From assembly GCA_037968915.1 (NCBI GenBank), contig JBBKWK010000092.1, positions 1 to 38,062 on the forward strand: a DNA stretch of 38,062 bases. The letters run 5' to 3'. The notes beneath the pieces were generated by a model that made no database searches, was not told where the DNA came from, and saw only the letters and a list, made by a program, of their open reading frames with translations. The first letter of the stretch is position 1, and every line of letters begins with the position of its first letter. Both the position numbers and the translations under genes were made by a program. Below are positions 35,492-38,062 of the stretch, in pieces. This DNA comes from Pontixanthobacter sp. Lineage in GTDB: Bacteria > Pseudomonadota > Alphaproteobacteria > Sphingomonadales > Sphingomonadaceae.

Positions 35492-36979
35492 ATGTTCGGC
35501 AATACAGCACAATTTAATAGCGGCCTTCAGATCGCGGTTTTTATATCGCTGACGGCGCTGGTCGGGTTTCTTACCTGGGCCAAGGTTCGCAAGGCGAAAC
35601 GCCATGACGGGTCGGAACAGGACGTTTATCTCGCGGGCAAGGGCCTAACCTGGGTATTCGTGGCCGGTTCGATCACGCTGACCAACCTCTCGACTGACCA
35701 GTTGGTGGGTATGAACGGCAATCAAATGCTGCTGCTGGCATGGTGGGAAATTGCCGGATTTGCCGGGCTGGCGATCCTCGCATTTGTGTTTGTACCGCTG
35801 TATTACCGCTATAATTGCACCACCGTGACAGAATTGCTGGAGCGGCGTTACGGTGGCCGCTCGATCCGGACGCTGATCTCTGCGCTATTTCTGCTCGGCA
35901 ATGTGCTGATCTATCTCCCCGCCGCGCTGTATAGCGGAGGCTTGTTCTTGCAGAGCTTGTTCGGGGGAACGATCCCATTGATCGCGTTCTCTGCCGGGCT
36001 GGCGATTGTCGGTGCGGCCTATACGATTTTCGGCGGATTGCGCGCGGTTGCGGTGATGGACACCTATTCCGGCATTGGCATCCTCGGCCTCGCGCTGCTG
36101 ATCGTGTTTCTCGCCCTGCAAGCGGTCGATTTCGACATTTTTACCGGTGTTCCGATGGAACGGCTGACGATGGTAGGAGGGGCGGATTCGCCAATCCCGT
36201 TCCACACTTTGTTCACCGGGATGCTGTTCATCCAGATCTTCTACTGGTCGACCAACCAGAACATCACCCAGCGCGCGATGGCCGCCCCGACCGTGGCCGA
36301 GGCGCGCAAGGGCGTGATGGTCGCCGCCCTGATCCGCATATTGATCGTGCCGCCAATCGTGGTTTTGCCGGGCGTGGTCGCTTATAAATTATTCGGCGAC
36401 GTGGGCGATAATGCCTACGGGATGCTGGTGGCTGAAGTAATGCCGGGCTGGCTGGCCGGGGCCTTTGCCGCAATGGTTGCCGCCGCTGTCATCACCACTT
36501 TCAGCGCAGTACTCAACTCCACCGTCGCGCTTTATTCGGTCGATTTCCACGAGCAGTTCGTGGGCAAGGTAACCAACCACTGGAAGCTGGGCGCAGGCAT
36601 TTCCATCGGCGTAACCGCGCTGTCGGTAATGCTGGTGCCAATGTATCAGAATGCCGAAAGCATCATCAATTTGCTGCAGCAATTGAACGGACTGCTGTCG
36701 ATGCCAATCCTGTCCGCATTTGTAGCCGGATTGCTGTTCCGCAATGTGGATGCACGCGCTGCCATCGCCGGGGTAGTATGGGGCGTATCACTCTACGGCG
36801 CATTCAGTTTCTGGCTGCAGCCAGAAGGCTATATCGCCATGCATTACATTGATTTCATGGTGGTGACGCTGGTAACATCAATCATCGCGGCGCTGGCGTT
36901 CAACCGTGTGGTGCTGGGCAAGAAAGCCGAATTTCTCGGCTTCAGCGCGTTTCGCAAGAACGAGGAAATCGAAGCCTAG
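35492..36979 (+). CDS. Sodium:solute symporter (SSS/SLC5 family), probable sugar transporter
   Basis: YLAGKGL, TNLSTDQLVGMNG, YTIFGGLRAV, YWSTNQNITQR and LNS. ATG 35492 follows GGGGAG. Confidence 0.93.
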   Translation: MFGNTAQFNSGLQIAVFISLTALVGFLTWAKVRKAKRHDGSEQDVYLAGKGLTWVFVAGSITLTNLSTDQLVGMNGNQMLLLAWWEIAGFAGLAILAFVFVPLYYRYNCTTVTELLERRYGGRSIRTLISALFLLGNVLIYLPAALYSGGLFLQSLFGGTIPLIAFSAGLAIVGAAYTIFGGLRAVAVMDTYSGIGILGLALLIVFLALQAVDFDIFTGVPMERLTMVGGADSPIPFHTLFTGMLFIQIFYWSTNQNITQRAMAAPTVAEARKGVMVAALIRILIVPPIVVLPGVVAYKLFGDVGDNAYGMLVAEVMPGWLAGAFAAMVAAAVITTFSAVLNSTVALYSVDFHEQFVGKVTNHWKLGAGISIGVTALSVMLVPMYQNAESIINLLQQLNGLLSMPILSAFVAGLLFRNVDARAAIAGVVWGVSLYGAFSFWLQPEGYIAMHYIDFMVVTLVTSIIAALAFNRVVLGKKAEFLGFSAFRKNEEIEA

Positions 36980-37028
36980 TCTGGGAAAGCATAGTCCGGC
37001 GGTGATTGGGCCATTTTTCACGTGACTG

Positions 37029-38039
37029 TCAGGCTTGTAGCGCCAGTTTTCCGGCGACCATCGAGGCGAGCAGAACCAGAATCATCACCCAGATTGCCAG
37101 TATTCCTCCGGTCGCACGCCAATTCTTGGGGGGCAGTCCCTGCAGGAGGAACATGGCAATCCCCGCGACATTCACGCACACCAGATTGACCGTGAACAGA
37201 AAAAAGGCGCGCCCGGCGACCAGCGGCTGACCATCGCCAAGGAAAATGCCCGTCGCAGCAAGCGGCGGGACGAGCGCAACCGCAATCATCACGCCAACTA
37301 AAGAGAGCGAGGCGCCGCGGCTGAGGGCAAGTACACCAGCCGCGCCGCATGCCAGTGCCAGCGCGATATCGGCCGGCTGCACGATCGTGCGATTGTGCAG
37401 CTCGGGCACGGTTGGATCGATGGCGACAAGCATTCCCACCAACACGCCCGCTAGGATCGCAAAAGCCGATCCCACCAGCAGCGTCGCGGCTGCCTTGCCG
37501 CCCAGCTTCGCATTGCCAACTGTCGCGGCCAGCGCCAGCCCCATGGTTGGTCCGAGCAACGGCGCAATTACCATCGCCCCGATGACCACCGCGGTTTGCC
37601 CGCTGCGCATGCCCAATCCGGCAATCACCGACGACAAGACTACTGTCAGCAAGTAGTTCGGCTTGATGTGCAGGCTTTCTTCTATGTCGTCATAGAGTTC
37701 GTCGGTGCTGATCCGGTCGCGGCTGAAGAAGCGCTCGATTGCGCTTGGCGGGCGTAGGTTTCCGTCCGTAGGAAGCTCTGTCTCGGCAGTTTCGCGTAAG
37801 GGCGGCAGGACCGCTTCGAGGGTAGTCACATAGGCAGTAAAGGTGGGTTCCCCCGAATAGGCTTGGTCCAATTCGCTCAGCAGCCGCTCGACATACCGCT
37901 GCTGAACAACGCAGCTATATTTTTCCTGTCCGCCTGGCACTGACTCACGCCAATGTTTGCGGCTGTGGTTCGGCAAGATTTTTTCGAGCGATTTAATCTG
38001 CGATTCCGGCAGGAAAATCTCGACGAGCCGTGCTGACAT
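37029..38039 (-). CDS. TIGR00341/DUF389 family membrane protein
   Basis: ISTDELY, AVVIGAMVIAPLLGP, VGVMIAVALVPPL and TVNLVCVN. Confidence 0.9.
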   Translation of the reverse strand: MSARLVEIFLPESQIKSLEKILPNHSRKHWRESVPGGQEKYSCVVQQRYVERLLSELDQAYSGEPTFTAYVTTLEAVLPPLRETAETELPTDGNLRPPSAIERFFSRDRISTDELYDDIEESLHIKPNYLLTVVLSSVIAGLGMRSGQTAVVIGAMVIAPLLGPTMGLALAATVGNAKLGGKAAATLLVGSAFAILAGVLVGMLVAIDPTVPELHNRTIVQPADIALALACGAAGVLALSRGASLSLVGVMIAVALVPPLAATGIFLGDGQPLVAGRAFFLFTVNLVCVNVAGIAMFLLQGLPPKNWRATGGILAIWVMILVLLASMVAGKLALQA

Positions 38040-38062
38040 GCAGTGTAACCCCGTTGTTAAAT

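Noticed and set aside
1-38062. CRISPR array, IS element, integrase or prophage
   Set aside because: No regularly spaced repeats, terminal inverted repeats, or transposase, recombinase or phage motifs found by eye.

Overview
A GC-rich alphaproteobacterial chromosomal window. Gene content and order suggest Sphingomonadales (Erythrobacteraceae-like); this is an inference. It is densely coding, with about 33 CDS and one tRNA-Trp(CCA). I found no transposase, integrase, CRISPR array or rRNA. The core block is secE-nusG-rplK-rplA, with a probable L1-binding leader, plus tRNA-Trp, aat, recX and manA/manC. The features most worth a second look are: (1) a stand-alone SLOG + double SLATT-like membrane protein, a candidate nucleotide-sensing conflict or defence effector; (2) a translationally coupled pair of a fused 2-oxoacid dehydrogenase E1 alpha/beta and an atypical FabD-like acyltransferase that lacks the malonyl-binding Arg, with no E2/E3 in the window; (3) a candidate modified-nucleoside scavenging locus (Oar-like TonB-dependent receptor, IPNS-type 2OG-Fe(II) oxygenase, NupC-type transporter, divergent YhhQ-type queuosine-precursor transporter); (4) a 145-bp convergent coding overlap between aat and a DUF2155 gene; (5) a 49-aa small ORF missing from the ORF track; and (6) a perfect 16-bp tandem duplication that separates two formerly overlapping stop codons. 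All family calls come from motif recognition by eye; no database searches were run.
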